The notes under the pieces were generated by a model. The model saw only the letters and a program-made list of their open reading frames with translations, was not told the origin of the DNA and ran no database searches. Below are positions 17,202-27,222 of a stretch of 40,000 nucleotides of DNA, piece by piece. Positions within the stretch are counted from its first letter, which is position 1; each line of letters opens with the position of its first letter. The DNA lies in contig JAEWPS010000011.1 in the NCBI GenBank assembly GCA_023460515.1, forward strand, positions 8,023 to 48,022, written 5' to 3'. The stretch is from Bacillota bacterium. Lineage in GTDB: Bacteria; Bacillota; Clostridia; TANB77; CAG-465. The position numbers were made by a program, and so were the translations under genes.

Positions 17202-18962
17202 CTATTTAACAAATACTGCTTTTATTCTTCTTACACCTGATGATACTGCTTCTTCTTTTAAAATTTTAATATGCTCTAGTTTAGAAGTATTATCTACATG
17301 TGGTCCACCACATATTTCTTTTGAGAAACCTTCTATTGTATATACTTTTACACTCTCACCATATTTACTATCGAATACGCCTTTTGCACCATATTTTCTA
17401 GCTTCATCAAGTAACATCTCTTGAAAACTCACTGGTAATTTCTTATCTATTTGTTCATTAACCATGTTTTCTACTTGATCTAAAATTTCTCTAGTTACTT
17501 TTTCAGGATGTGAAAAATCAAATCTAATTCTCTCTGCAGTTATATTTGAACCTTTTTGTGATACATGATCTCCTAGTATTCTTTGTAATGATTCAAGTAT
17601 TAAATGAGCAGCTGTGTGGTATTTTGTAGTTTCTTCACTATGATCAGCAAGACCACCTTTAAATATTCCTTCTGCTCCTTCACGTGATTTTGCTTGATGT
17701 TCTTCATAACATATTTTAAATCCATCCATATCAATAGAAAAACCATTTTCTTTAGCAAGCTCAGCAGTTACTTCTGGTGGAAATCCATATGTATCATATA
17801 ATCTAAATACCGCAGTACCTTCAATTAAGTTTGTATTTTCATCTTTTAATTTATTTGTCAATTTAGTAAATTCTTTTTCACCACTTAATAATGTGTTCAT
17901 AAATCTATTTTTTTCTTTTATTATTTCTTCTAATATAACATCTTTATTTGTTACTAATTCTGGATACATATCTTTTAAACTACTTATAAGAGTTTCAATA
18001 ACCTCATTTATTTTATCTGGATTAACACCAATTTTTCTCATATGCCTTATTGTTCTACGTATTAATCTTCTTAAGATATAACCTTGACCAATATTACTTG
18101 GAGTCACAAAGTCACATATAAGTAGTGCTGAAGCTCTTAAATGGTCCGCAATTATTCTAAGTGAAGCATCTTCTGGATTTTCACTAATTTCTCTTACCTT
18201 AGATATTATTGGCATAAACAATTCAGTTTCAAAAATATGATTTTTTCCTTGCATTAAAAATGTAATTCTTTCAAGACCCATTCCTGTATCAACATTTTTT
18301 TGAGATAATGGAACGAAACTTCCATCTTCTTTTTTGTTATATTCCATAAAAACGTTATTCCAAATTTCAATATATTTTCCACAATCACATGAAGGATTAC
18401 AATCATCTGAGCATTTTGGAACACCAGTATCTAAAAATATTTCTGTATCTGGTCCACATGGCCCAGTTTGACCTGCTGGTCCCCACCAATTATCTTTTTT
18501 TCCAAAAAAGTATATTCTAGATTTATCTATTCCACACTCTTCCCAAATTTTTGCAGACACATCATCTTTAGGAGCATCATTATCTCCAGCAAAACATGTA
18601 ACAGATATTTTGTAAGCAGGAATATTTAATTCTTTTGTTAAAAATTCAAAACTATATTTTATTGAATCTTCTTTAAAGTAATCTCCAAGTGACCAATTTC
18701 CTAACATTTCAAAAAATGTTAAATGTCTATTGTCACCTACTTCATCTATATCATCAGTTCTTAAACATTTTTGAAAATCTACAAGTCTTTTACCCTCAGG
18801 ATGTGACTCACCCACAAGATATGGAACAAGAGGATGCATACCAGCTGTTGTAAATAAAACAGTTGGATCGTTTTCTGGCACTAGCTTTGCTCCAGATATT
18901 ACCTTGTGATTTTTGCTTTCAAAAAATTTCAAATATTTATTTCTTATTTCTATTGCTTTCAT
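17202..18962 (-). CDS. alaS: Alanine--tRNA ligase, short form (586 aa, ends after the editing domain)
   Basis: Class II AlaRS N-terminus (IRNKYLKFFESKNH...LFTTAGM...FFEMLGNWSLGDYFK). Editing-domain motifs HTAAHLI and CGGPHV. The protein ends at ...SSGVRRIKAVFVK, with no C-Ala extension. Confidence 0.85.
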   Translation of the reverse strand: MKAIEIRNKYLKFFESKNHKVISGAKLVPENDPTVLFTTAGMHPLVPYLVGESHPEGKRLVDFQKCLRTDDIDEVGDNRHLTFFEMLGNWSLGDYFKEDSIKYSFEFLTKELNIPAYKISVTCFAGDNDAPKDDVSAKIWEECGIDKSRIYFFGKKDNWWGPAGQTGPCGPDTEIFLDTGVPKCSDDCNPSCDCGKYIEIWNNVFMEYNKKEDGSFVPLSQKNVDTGMGLERITFLMQGKNHIFETELFMPIISKVREISENPEDASLRIIADHLRASALLICDFVTPSNIGQGYILRRLIRRTIRHMRKIGVNPDKINEVIETLISSLKDMYPELVTNKDVILEEIIKEKNRFMNTLLSGEKEFTKLTNKLKDENTNLIEGTAVFRLYDTYGFPPEVTAELAKENGFSIDMDGFKICYEEHQAKSREGAEGIFKGGLADHSEETTKYHTAAHLILESLQRILGDHVSQKGSNITAERIRFDFSHPEKVTREILDQVENMVNEQIDKKLPVSFQEMLLDEARKYGAKGVFDSKYGESVKVYTIEGFSKEICGGPHVDNTSKLEHIKILKEEAVSSGVRRIKAVFVK

Positions 18963-18983
18963 AAAATTCTCCCTAATTATTTT

Positions 18984-20576
18984 CTAATTCATCTCATTAA
19001 ATATTTTTGTTCCCCATTTTTTTAGTATAGTATATTGTATCATAATAATAAATAAAAGTAAAGTAAAAATAAGTAAAACGTATATGTCAATAGATATCTT
19101 TAAAGCCATATACAATGCACCAAGTCCAAAAAAGAAAACTAATGGTACCATTATACCTAAAAAACTGCTAAGGCTTTGTTTTACAACTTGTGTATATGAA
19201 ACAAAGTCTAATCTAGGATATTTTAAATTGATAATTATACCAAACATAGAACATGTAATATTAGAAAATACAGCTAATAATATGACTATTAACGTTTGTA
19301 AAATTGTCATTTTAAAAGATATACCAAACAATATTATAGATAAAATCATTACTGGTAAAACAATTAACATATTTACAACTATTTTACTTAAAAATATATC
19401 TTTAACTTTAATCGGCATTGTTTTTAATATCCAGAAATTTTTACCTTCTATAGATATACTACATGCGGCTGTATTTGACATTGCTATACTAAAAGCAACT
19501 ACTGGGATAAGTAAAAGATAAATAGGCATCATACCCACATCAATTTCCATCATTTTAAATAAAACATCTTTATCATAAAACATTGTTGCTATACTTGCAA
19601 AAAATATAAGTACAACTCCAAAAGATGTATTTAATATGTATATAGGTATAGAAAAATACATTTTCAATTCTTTTAAAATCAAAGTAGTCAATACACCTTT
19701 TTGAGTATGTTCTTTTTCTATATAATTGCTTTTTGCATTTTCAACTTTTAAATTTTGAACAATTTTAACATATGAATTCTTAAATATAAACACAAATAAC
19801 CACGCAGACGCAACGTTTGCAATTATATAAATGAATAAATCTTTTATACTACCATTGGATATAACCTCCATAAAACTGTTAATTATAAATCCAATCGAAC
19901 TTAATATTTTATTTACAAGTTCTACATTATTTACGAATTTCAAAGCTAAGCTTTGTATATTAAATGATACATACATAATTAGTAGCACAGCTAGGTACGT
20001 TAAAATAGTTTCAAATATTTTTTTACTTTTAACCTTTGATGTTAAGTATCCTATTATATATCCAAATATACAACCTAGAATTGTTGGTAAAAGTGGCATA
20101 AATAAATAAGATACAAAAGCAAGTAAATAATATGTAATACCTAGTTTAAGTGTAACTCCATATGTTATAAAAGCGGGTACAAATATTATTGTAGTTACAA
20201 TATAACTTATTAATGTAAGAACTATAATTCTACTTGTCAGTATAGTACTAGGTTTTATAGGCATAGCAAATATATTATCTTCCGAATTAAATAAGTACGA
20301 TTTTGCCCTATAAATAGTACTATAGAATATGCTAAAACTACATACAAAATATACTAATGGTAGTACATATTTTTCAAGTCCATATTTAACTAAAAAATTA
20401 ACTCCCATATACGTATACATTCCAACAGAAGTAAATAGCGAACTAATAAGAAATACAAAAACAATTATCATTCCTATATTTTTAAATACATTTTTACTTC
20501 CTTTAATTTTATTTAAAGATAATGTTCTTACTAAATCAACTTTTAGAAGTAATAATAGTTTTGACATATTATTCAT
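18984..20576 (-). CDS. Polytopic membrane protein, putative ABC-2-type exporter permease
   Basis: 530 aa, hydrophobic throughout (about 12 helices by eye). Its start overlaps the stop of the upstream ABC ATPase by 8 nt. Confidence 0.7.
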   Translation of the reverse strand: MNNMSKLLLLLKVDLVRTLSLNKIKGSKNVFKNIGMIIVFVFLISSLFTSVGMYTYMGVNFLVKYGLEKYVLPLVYFVCSFSIFYSTIYRAKSYLFNSEDNIFAMPIKPSTILTSRIIVLTLISYIVTTIIFVPAFITYGVTLKLGITYYLLAFVSYLFMPLLPTILGCIFGYIIGYLTSKVKSKKIFETILTYLAVLLIMYVSFNIQSLALKFVNNVELVNKILSSIGFIINSFMEVISNGSIKDLFIYIIANVASAWLFVFIFKNSYVKIVQNLKVENAKSNYIEKEHTQKGVLTTLILKELKMYFSIPIYILNTSFGVVLIFFASIATMFYDKDVLFKMMEIDVGMMPIYLLLIPVVAFSIAMSNTAACSISIEGKNFWILKTMPIKVKDIFLSKIVVNMLIVLPVMILSIILFGISFKMTILQTLIVILLAVFSNITCSMFGIIINLKYPRLDFVSYTQVVKQSLSSFLGIMVPLVFFFGLGALYMALKISIDIYVLLIFTLLLFIIMIQYTILKKWGTKIFNEMN

Positions 20577-21279
20577 CTCCTAACGTAGACATAAATACAT
20601 CTTCAAGAGATGCATCTTTTGTTATATCTTCTATATTTCCAATTTTAACAATTTTTCCTTTATTTATAATTGCAATCTTATCACACAGTTTTTGAACAAC
20701 TTCTAAAACATGTGAAGAAAAGAATATACTAACACCTTTACCACATAATTCTTTCATAATTTCTTTTAACTTAAATTGAGCCTTAGGATCAAGTCCTACA
20801 AATGGTTCATCTAAAATTAGTATTTTGGGACTATGTATTAACGCAGATATAATTGCTATTTTTTGTTTCATTCCATGAGAATATGAAGATATCACACTAC
20901 CTAGATTATCATATATTTCAAGTTCTTTTGCATATTTATCTATTAATTCACGTCTAATAGTTTTATCTACACTATAAACATCTCCAACAAAATTTAAATA
21001 CTGAATTCCTGTTAAATTTTCGTAAACATCTGGATTATCTGGTATATATGCCATCATAGATTTACACCTAATTGGATCATCTTTTATATTAAGTCCATCA
21101 ATATAAATATTTCCACTTTCAAAAGATAAAATACCAACTATACACTTTATTGTGGTTGTTTTACCTGCACCATTATGACCAACAAATCCAAATATTTCAC
21201 CTGGATTTACATCAATAGATATATCATCTACAGCAATTTTATCCCCATATTTTTTAGTTAAATTAGTTATTCTTAACAT
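20569..21279 (-). CDS. ABC transporter ATP-binding protein (ABC-2 subfamily type)
   Basis: Walker A GHNGAGKTT, signature YSHGMKQKIAI, Walker B ILILDEPFVGLD. Confidence 0.9.
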   Translation of the reverse strand: MLRITNLTKKYGDKIAVDDISIDVNPGEIFGFVGHNGAGKTTTIKCIVGILSFESGNIYIDGLNIKDDPIRCKSMMAYIPDNPDVYENLTGIQYLNFVGDVYSVDKTIRRELIDKYAKELEIYDNLGSVISSYSHGMKQKIAIISALIHSPKILILDEPFVGLDPKAQFKLKEIMKELCGKGVSIFFSSHVLEVVQKLCDKIAIINKGKIVKIGNIEDITKDASLEDVFMSTLGDE

Positions 21280-21342
21280 TTATATTCCCCCTTCAAAGTT
21301 ATATATAATATTTCAGATCATATATAATCATTATAAATAATA

Positions 21343-22221
21343 TTACCAATTAGCATTTACTTTAGAGTATTTTAAATAATTAATATACTCACTCATAGGC
21401 ATACTTCTATTTGCATAAATTCTTGGTATATTGTATTTACTGTGTACTTTAGAATTATACACCCCTCCAAGCATATTTAACCCATATGAATAATTCTCTT
21501 TTACAATTTCTACTACTTTATTATTATAATCACCAATTGGATAACAAAAAACAGTACTGCTTAAATTAAACAAATCCTTTAATACTCTTTTAGAATCAAT
21601 AATTTCTGTACTTGCTTGGTTAATTGGTATTTTACTCAAATATGGATGACTTAAAGAATGTGATTGTATATCTATAATTCCACTTTCTTTCATCTCTTTT
21701 ATTTGCTCAGTTGTTAAATAATTTGGTCCATTTATATAATTTGTTATAACATATATGCTAGCTTTTAAATTATACTTTTTAAATAATGGAAAAGCATTAT
21801 TGTAAAAATATACAAAACAATCATCAAATGTTAATGCAACTGGTTTGGTATACTTGTATAACTTATCTATATCAGTTATATAAACAGTCTGGTATCCATT
21901 ATCCACTATATATTTTAAATGTGTCTCCAATTTTGAAGGTGAAAAATAATTTTCAGTATCTGTAGCATTTCCGTAATCATCTGTAATAAAATGATACATA
22001 AATATAGGCATAGTAAAACTAAAATTTTTAGGTTTTATTATATCCTCTATAATTTTTTCTTTAGCAACATAAGCATTAATTTCATCTATATCGGTATATA
22101 AATTATTGCTATGTTCTTTTACTAAAACTTTATTAAAGCAAAAAAAGCAAATTAAAATTGTAGCAACAATTAATAAAGTTATAATTATTGAAATATAATT
22201 TGCTTTTTTTATTATTTTCAT
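21343..22221 (-). CDS. Polysaccharide deacetylase (CE4 family), membrane anchored
   Basis: N-terminal TM helix, then CE4 motifs LTFDDCF and HSLSHPYL. Confidence 0.82.
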   Translation of the reverse strand: MKIIKKANYISIIITLLIVATILICFFCFNKVLVKEHSNNLYTDIDEINAYVAKEKIIEDIIKPKNFSFTMPIFMYHFITDDYGNATDTENYFSPSKLETHLKYIVDNGYQTVYITDIDKLYKYTKPVALTFDDCFVYFYNNAFPLFKKYNLKASIYVITNYINGPNYLTTEQIKEMKESGIIDIQSHSLSHPYLSKIPINQASTEIIDSKRVLKDLFNLSSTVFCYPIGDYNNKVVEIVKENYSYGLNMLGGVYNSKVHSKYNIPRIYANRSMPMSEYINYLKYSKVNANW

Positions 22222-22269
22222 AATTCCTCCAAAAAAGGTATTTTATTTTGTATATTTAAATTTTATATA

Positions 22270-24717
22270 CTAAAAAATATATAATGCTGGTCTAAATGAT
22301 ATATTATCTTGAGACGTTGTAGCAGCGTAATTAAGACGATTTGAAGCGCAATATGTTGAAGATACATCAGTATAACTTCCGCCTCTTAACATATAGTAAC
22401 CAGCTGTATACATTTCATTTGTCCATTCCCATGTGTTACCAGCTAAATCATATATATTTTTTGCTTTCCAATAGTCACTAAATCCTGATATTTGCAAAGT
22501 TCCAAATCCAACTATATTAGCTGGTGATATTGAATTTGAATAGTTACCCCAGTTTCCGCTATTTGTTATATTAATTCCTGAATTTTGTATCCATTTCATT
22601 AATGAATCCCATTGTGTTCCAGTTACCAAATTAGTTATAACTTTAGTTGGGTCATACCCGTAATTTGCCGCCATATTTTGTGAATATGTTTTAGAATCTG
22701 CATAATTTATGAAGTTAAATAAATATCCTGTATACGTTGTTCCTCTAACCCAGCTACTAGATATTTTGTTAGCAGATTTTTTACTTGCAACTCTTATATT
22801 TCCACTATTATAATCAAACATTGCTTCATATCTTGCAATATAAAATCCTTTATATTTAGTTATTTGGTTTGCCTCATTAGTTATTGCTGCCGGTAATGTA
22901 TCATTTGATATATTTACATTATTATATGCTACTCCAGTTGTGCACCATTTTGCATATGGAACACTAGTTCCATCAACTGGTACCCAAACAAACTGATTAC
23001 CACTTGTATCTTGAATAACTAATCCATTATTCCAATCTGCTGAAACATTATTCCAATTTGCTTCCGCAGTATTTATGGCTACAAAACCTGCAGGTATTAC
23101 TGGATTATTGTACGTTGGCATTTTACCAGTAATTGTTGAATTTTGAGATAATGCAACTCCTGGATTTGTTTCTGTTCCTGGTGCATTTGCTTTAATATAA
23201 TTTAGGTTAACACTAACTATTCTAGTTTCTGTTATTGTATTATCATAGTTTACTGCAACCATTTTTATAAATGCATTGTCCGCAGTAAAATTTGTAAAAG
23301 GAGTGTTTTGCTTAGTTGTTATTCCATTTGTTGTAGTATTTAATGTATATACTTGTTCATCTGTAAAAGTTACTCCATCTATACTTTTAGAAAAAGTTAC
23401 AGATTTAATACCATTAACGCTATACATTTTTGCGGTTAATTGAACTGATTCTTTTGTAGAATTATCTAATGTATAACCAATATATAATCTTGGAGCTATT
23501 TCTTGATTATATAAGTTAACATTACCAGCTTTATCTATTACAGCTATCTTTATGCTTCTTATATTTTTAGCTGCATTAATTGTTGTTGTTAAATCACTTG
23601 TAACTTTAGCACTTTTTGCTTTACTTAGCATATATGCAGTATCAAAATCAGTAATCCCATTATAATAATTTTCAATTGTTGCGTTATCTGTATATTTAGT
23701 TAAATATTCATATCTAACTTCTTTTATTCCACTTTCTGAACTAGATAAATTTATTTTAACTGTATTGATTGATGAATATGATGAAATCGTTGCACTTGTT
23801 ATTGTTGGAAGAGTTTTACTAAAGTTAGATAAATCTATCCTTACTTTTCCAATTACATCTGAACCTTTGTATTTTAATATGTCTACATACCTGTCAATTA
23901 ATGGTTTTGTACCTAGTTCTATATAGTTTACTTCTGCTAGTGTAAGTGTTGGTACTTTTATTGTTTCACTATCACTTACTATTGATGAAAGTAAGTTAAA
24001 ACCAAATGTATTTTTTCCAACTGTTGTTGTTATTAGTCTATTTGTATCTCCACTTACAGACATATATAAAAGTTCATCTGCAGCCATTTCTGCTTCAATG
24101 CTTACACCCATTTTGTTAGCCCATCCGTTAATTTTAGTTAATTTTATACCACCAGATGTCGTAACAACAGTTGAAGATTTATCTGTTTGCTCTCCATATA
24201 TTTGAACTACATTAGATATTTTTGATGTTATTGAAAAATATATTTGTCCCTTAGCCTGTAATCCATATGGGTAATATGCATGCATAGATGGATACGCAAC
24301 AACAAATATATCTCCTGCACCTAAATCACCGTTTCCATATGGTATTTTAGTAACATTTATTTTAGCAAGATCTATTTTATAAAATTGTGAATTTAAATCA
24401 TTGTTATCGGTAATTTCTTCTAATAATACATCTTGAGATCTTGCAATTGCAAGCAACTCATCTTTAGTAAGTGCAGTAGAGTCTGCTACTAAAGGCATAA
24501 CATTATTTGTTATATAGTAACTTTCTGTAGAATCTTGTATTTCAGCTAAATTCTTAGAGAAAGTTGTTATGTTTGCATCATCTATAGCACTTAAAGTAGA
24601 AACTGTAACAGTTGCAACAAGTATTAATGCGACAATTATAGTTATTATTAAAACTATTAAAGAAATACCTTTCTTATTAGTAGTTTTGTATAAATATTTT
24701 TCATTTCCGTTATTCAT
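22270..24717 (-). CDS. Large prepilin-like-leader protein with beta-rich stalk and C-terminal FGE-sulfatase (SUMF1)-fold domain, 815 aa
   Basis: N-terminus is ...TTNKKG-ISLIVLIITIIVALILVATV. The middle region is alignable with the 782-aa neighbour. C-terminal motifs are GNQFVWVPV, GFYIARYEA, GTQWD, NIYDLAGNTWEWTNE, RGGSY and SFRPALY. RBS AGGTGA is present. Confidence 0.85.
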   Translation of the reverse strand: MNNGNEKYLYKTTNKKGISLIVLIITIIVALILVATVTVSTLSAIDDANITTFSKNLAEIQDSTESYYITNNVMPLVADSTALTKDELLAIARSQDVLLEEITDNNDLNSQFYKIDLAKINVTKIPYGNGDLGAGDIFVVAYPSMHAYYPYGLQAKGQIYFSITSKISNVVQIYGEQTDKSSTVVTTSGGIKLTKINGWANKMGVSIEAEMAADELLYMSVSGDTNRLITTTVGKNTFGFNLLSSIVSDSETIKVPTLTLAEVNYIELGTKPLIDRYVDILKYKGSDVIGKVRIDLSNFSKTLPTITSATISSYSSINTVKINLSSSESGIKEVRYEYLTKYTDNATIENYYNGITDFDTAYMLSKAKSAKVTSDLTTTINAAKNIRSIKIAVIDKAGNVNLYNQEIAPRLYIGYTLDNSTKESVQLTAKMYSVNGIKSVTFSKSIDGVTFTDEQVYTLNTTTNGITTKQNTPFTNFTADNAFIKMVAVNYDNTITETRIVSVNLNYIKANAPGTETNPGVALSQNSTITGKMPTYNNPVIPAGFVAINTAEANWNNVSADWNNGLVIQDTSGNQFVWVPVDGTSVPYAKWCTTGVAYNNVNISNDTLPAAITNEANQITKYKGFYIARYEAMFDYNSGNIRVASKKSANKISSSWVRGTTYTGYLFNFINYADSKTYSQNMAANYGYDPTKVITNLVTGTQWDSLMKWIQNSGINITNSGNWGNYSNSISPANIVGFGTLQISGFSDYWKAKNIYDLAGNTWEWTNEMYTAGYYMLRGGSYTDVSSTYCASNRLNYAATTSQDNISFRPALYIF

Positions 24718-24735
24718 ATTTAATCACCTGTGTAT

Positions 24736-24764
24736 ATTTTACACTGAAATAGATAAAAAATCAA
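24736..24764 (-). promoter_or_regulatory. Putative promoter of the 815-aa gene
   Basis: Minus strand: TTGATT (24764-24759), 17 nt, TAAAAT (24741-24736). The flanks are conserved with the 782-aa gene promoter. Confidence 0.5.
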
Positions 24765-24800
24765 TACTATTTAAATTTATTTTATTTATTTTATAAATCC

Positions 24801-24849
24801 TATAAAAATAGTAACCATTTAAAGTATTTTTTTACTCAAATGATTACTA
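24801..24849 (-). terminator. Putative terminator after the 782-aa gene
   Basis: 12-bp stem with one mismatch (24809-24820 / 24838-24849), a 17-nt loop, then TTTTTATA on the minus strand. Confidence 0.45.
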
Positions 24850-24853
24850 TTAT

Positions 24854-27202
24854 TTATTTTAAATATAAAGCACATCTAAAACCTAGATTAGCATTTTTTG
24901 TACCTATTGACGTCGATCTACGATATGAAGAAGGATAATTTTTTCCAGTACTGCCATAAGAACCACCACGATTTATATAATTATTATTTAATGCTTCCAT
25001 TGTCCATTCATATTCGTTACCTGCCATATCATAAATATTGTTAAATTTATATGATGAATTTGATCCTGTTAATTCTAGTTTATTGCTATAGTTACCATAT
25101 CCAGTAGAGTTTATAACATATGTACTATTTACCTCTTTTATAAACTCAAGCGCTGCATCCCATTGTACACCATATATAAGATTTGATGATATATCCGTTG
25201 TATTATACATACTTCTTGCAACTTTAACAGCCCCATCTCCTGGATTTGTTATCTCTTTTGTTTCACCCCATCTTATATAATTCCATGTTCCACGTCCTGC
25301 TTTAGATACTGGTTTTATAGAACCATCTGAGATTGTTTTATGATCATTTTTTGTAGGAACAGTTATACTATCTATGCCAGCTTCATATCTAGCAATATAA
25401 AATCCTCCATTATCTCTTACGCTCTTATATATCTTATCTAATTCCGTTGCATTTGATAAACCATCCCAACTAGCTTCTACACACGTAGATATTTTTGAGC
25501 CTTTATTGTATTCAACTCTTACAAATTTACTAAAATCTTTTACTGGTATCCACACAAATTCATTTTTACTAATATTATCTACTATTACTAATCCTGTACT
25601 TACCTCTTGCTCTCCAATTAAAGTTGATTTACTAAATCCATATGGAATCTTTGGACTATACCACGTTGATGCTGGTTTATAATCTTCTAAGCTAGTGTTT
25701 ATTATTCTTGTCTCTGTCAAAGAACCGTCATAATTTACTGCTGAAATTTTTATATATGCAAAATTTTGAGATATATTTTTATATGGTAAACATTGTATAT
25801 ATGTTGTACCATTTATCGTTGTATTCAATGTATATATTTGCTCGTCAGTAAAATTTATTCCATCTAAACTCTTAGAAAAGCTTATAGTTTTAACACCATT
25901 AGCACTAAATACCTTTGCTGTTAATTGTAATGATTCTTTTATGTAACTGTCTATACTATATCCTATATATAATTTAGGAGCTATTTCTTGATTATATAAA
26001 TTAACATTATTTGCTTTATCTATTAATGCTACTTTTATACTTTGCACATTTTTTGGCACTTTAATTATAGTCGCTGCATTGTTAGTAATATTAGATTTTT
26101 TTCCATTACTTATCATATAATTTGAATCAAAATCTGTAACATTATCATAATACCTTTCTATTGTTCCATTATTTGTGTATTTTGTTAAATATTCATATCT
26201 TACTTCTCTAATACCGCCATCAGTGATATTTAAAGATAAATCCACTTGGTTTGATGAAGAATTCGATGAAATAGTAGCTTTTTTTATGCTTGGAGGAATT
26301 TTATTGAAATTGGACAAATCTATTCTTGTTTTATCTACAATGTCATTATTCTTATATTTCAATATATCTACGTATCTTTCAGAAACTGGCTTAGTACCAA
26401 GATCTATATAGTTGGCTTCATTCAAAGTAAGATCTGGAATTTTTATATTCTCTACTCCGCCAACTATTGAAGAAAGAGAATTAAATTTAAATGTATTTTT
26501 ACCTATACTTGTTTCAATAAGTCTATTGGTAGATCCACTCACTGACATAAATAAGGTTTCATTTTGGTCCATGTTTACTTCTATATTTACATCCATTTTG
26601 TTTACCCAACCACTTGCTTGAGTAACATTTATCTTTTCTAACAAAGGTAAACCATCTACCGGATTAGATAGTTCCTCTTGATTCAATTTTGTAACGCTTG
26701 TTATCTTATCTGTTATTGAAAAATATGTATTATTATTTGTACTAAATCCATATGGATAATATACATTCATAGAAGGATATGAAATAACAAATATATCATT
26801 TTCACCATACTTTTTTAATCCATATGGCGTGTTTGTAATATTTATTTTGTTAAGATCTATAGTATAAAACTGTGAGTTTAAATCATTGTTTTTTGTAATT
26901 TCTTCTACTAATATATCTGAAAATCTTGAGATAGATAAAAACTCATCTTTATTCATTAACTCTGAACCATTTAATGAAGGTATTACGTTATTACTTATAT
27001 AATAACTCTCAATAGAATCTTGTACTTTATTTAAATCTTTTGCAAATGTGGTTAATTTTGCAGTATCTATAGCGTTAGAAGCTGAAACAAATATAGTTGT
27101 TGCTAATATTGACAAAACAACCATAGATACTATCAAAATAACTAGTGATATTCCACTTTTTAAATTAATCATGTGCAAATTATCTTTAACCTTATTAATC
27201 AT
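24854..27202 (-). CDS. Large prepilin-like-leader protein with beta-rich stalk and divergent C-terminal FGE-sulfatase-fold domain, 782 aa
   Basis: N-terminus is ...INLKSG-ISLVILIVSMVVLSILATT. C-terminal motifs are NEFVWIPV, GGFYIARYEAG, GVQWD, NIYDMAGNEYEWT, RGGSY and LGFRCALY. It is a tandem paralogue of the 815-aa gene. Confidence 0.85.
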   Translation of the reverse strand: MINKVKDNLHMINLKSGISLVILIVSMVVLSILATTIFVSASNAIDTAKLTTFAKDLNKVQDSIESYYISNNVIPSLNGSELMNKDEFLSISRFSDILVEEITKNNDLNSQFYTIDLNKINITNTPYGLKKYGENDIFVISYPSMNVYYPYGFSTNNNTYFSITDKITSVTKLNQEELSNPVDGLPLLEKINVTQASGWVNKMDVNIEVNMDQNETLFMSVSGSTNRLIETSIGKNTFKFNSLSSIVGGVENIKIPDLTLNEANYIDLGTKPVSERYVDILKYKNNDIVDKTRIDLSNFNKIPPSIKKATISSNSSSNQVDLSLNITDGGIREVRYEYLTKYTNNGTIERYYDNVTDFDSNYMISNGKKSNITNNAATIIKVPKNVQSIKVALIDKANNVNLYNQEIAPKLYIGYSIDSYIKESLQLTAKVFSANGVKTISFSKSLDGINFTDEQIYTLNTTINGTTYIQCLPYKNISQNFAYIKISAVNYDGSLTETRIINTSLEDYKPASTWYSPKIPYGFSKSTLIGEQEVSTGLVIVDNISKNEFVWIPVKDFSKFVRVEYNKGSKISTCVEASWDGLSNATELDKIYKSVRDNGGFYIARYEAGIDSITVPTKNDHKTISDGSIKPVSKAGRGTWNYIRWGETKEITNPGDGAVKVARSMYNTTDISSNLIYGVQWDAALEFIKEVNSTYVINSTGYGNYSNKLELTGSNSSYKFNNIYDMAGNEYEWTMEALNNNYINRGGSYGSTGKNYPSSYRRSTSIGTKNANLGFRCALYLK

Positions 27203-27222
27203 AATGTTTACCGCCTATTAAT

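Noticed and set aside
18963-18983. T-box riboswitch upstream of alaS, and drug-sensing leader upstream of the ABC-F gene (9140-9176)
   Set aside because: The intergenic spaces are only ~21 and ~37 nt, far too short for either structure.
24718-24853. Invertible promoter (fim-like switch) or CRISPR-like repeats between the two giant paralogues
   Set aside because: The region contains only a terminator hairpin and one promoter. There are no flanking inverted repeats of useful length, no recombinase gene and no repeat-spacer periodicity anywhere in the window.
13807-27202. Calling the region a type IV pilus / competence pseudopilus / T2SS locus because of the prepilin-like leaders
   Set aside because: No assembly ATPase, platform protein, prepilin peptidase or minor-pilin set is in the window. 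The leaders lack Glu+5. Only the leader resemblance is reported.
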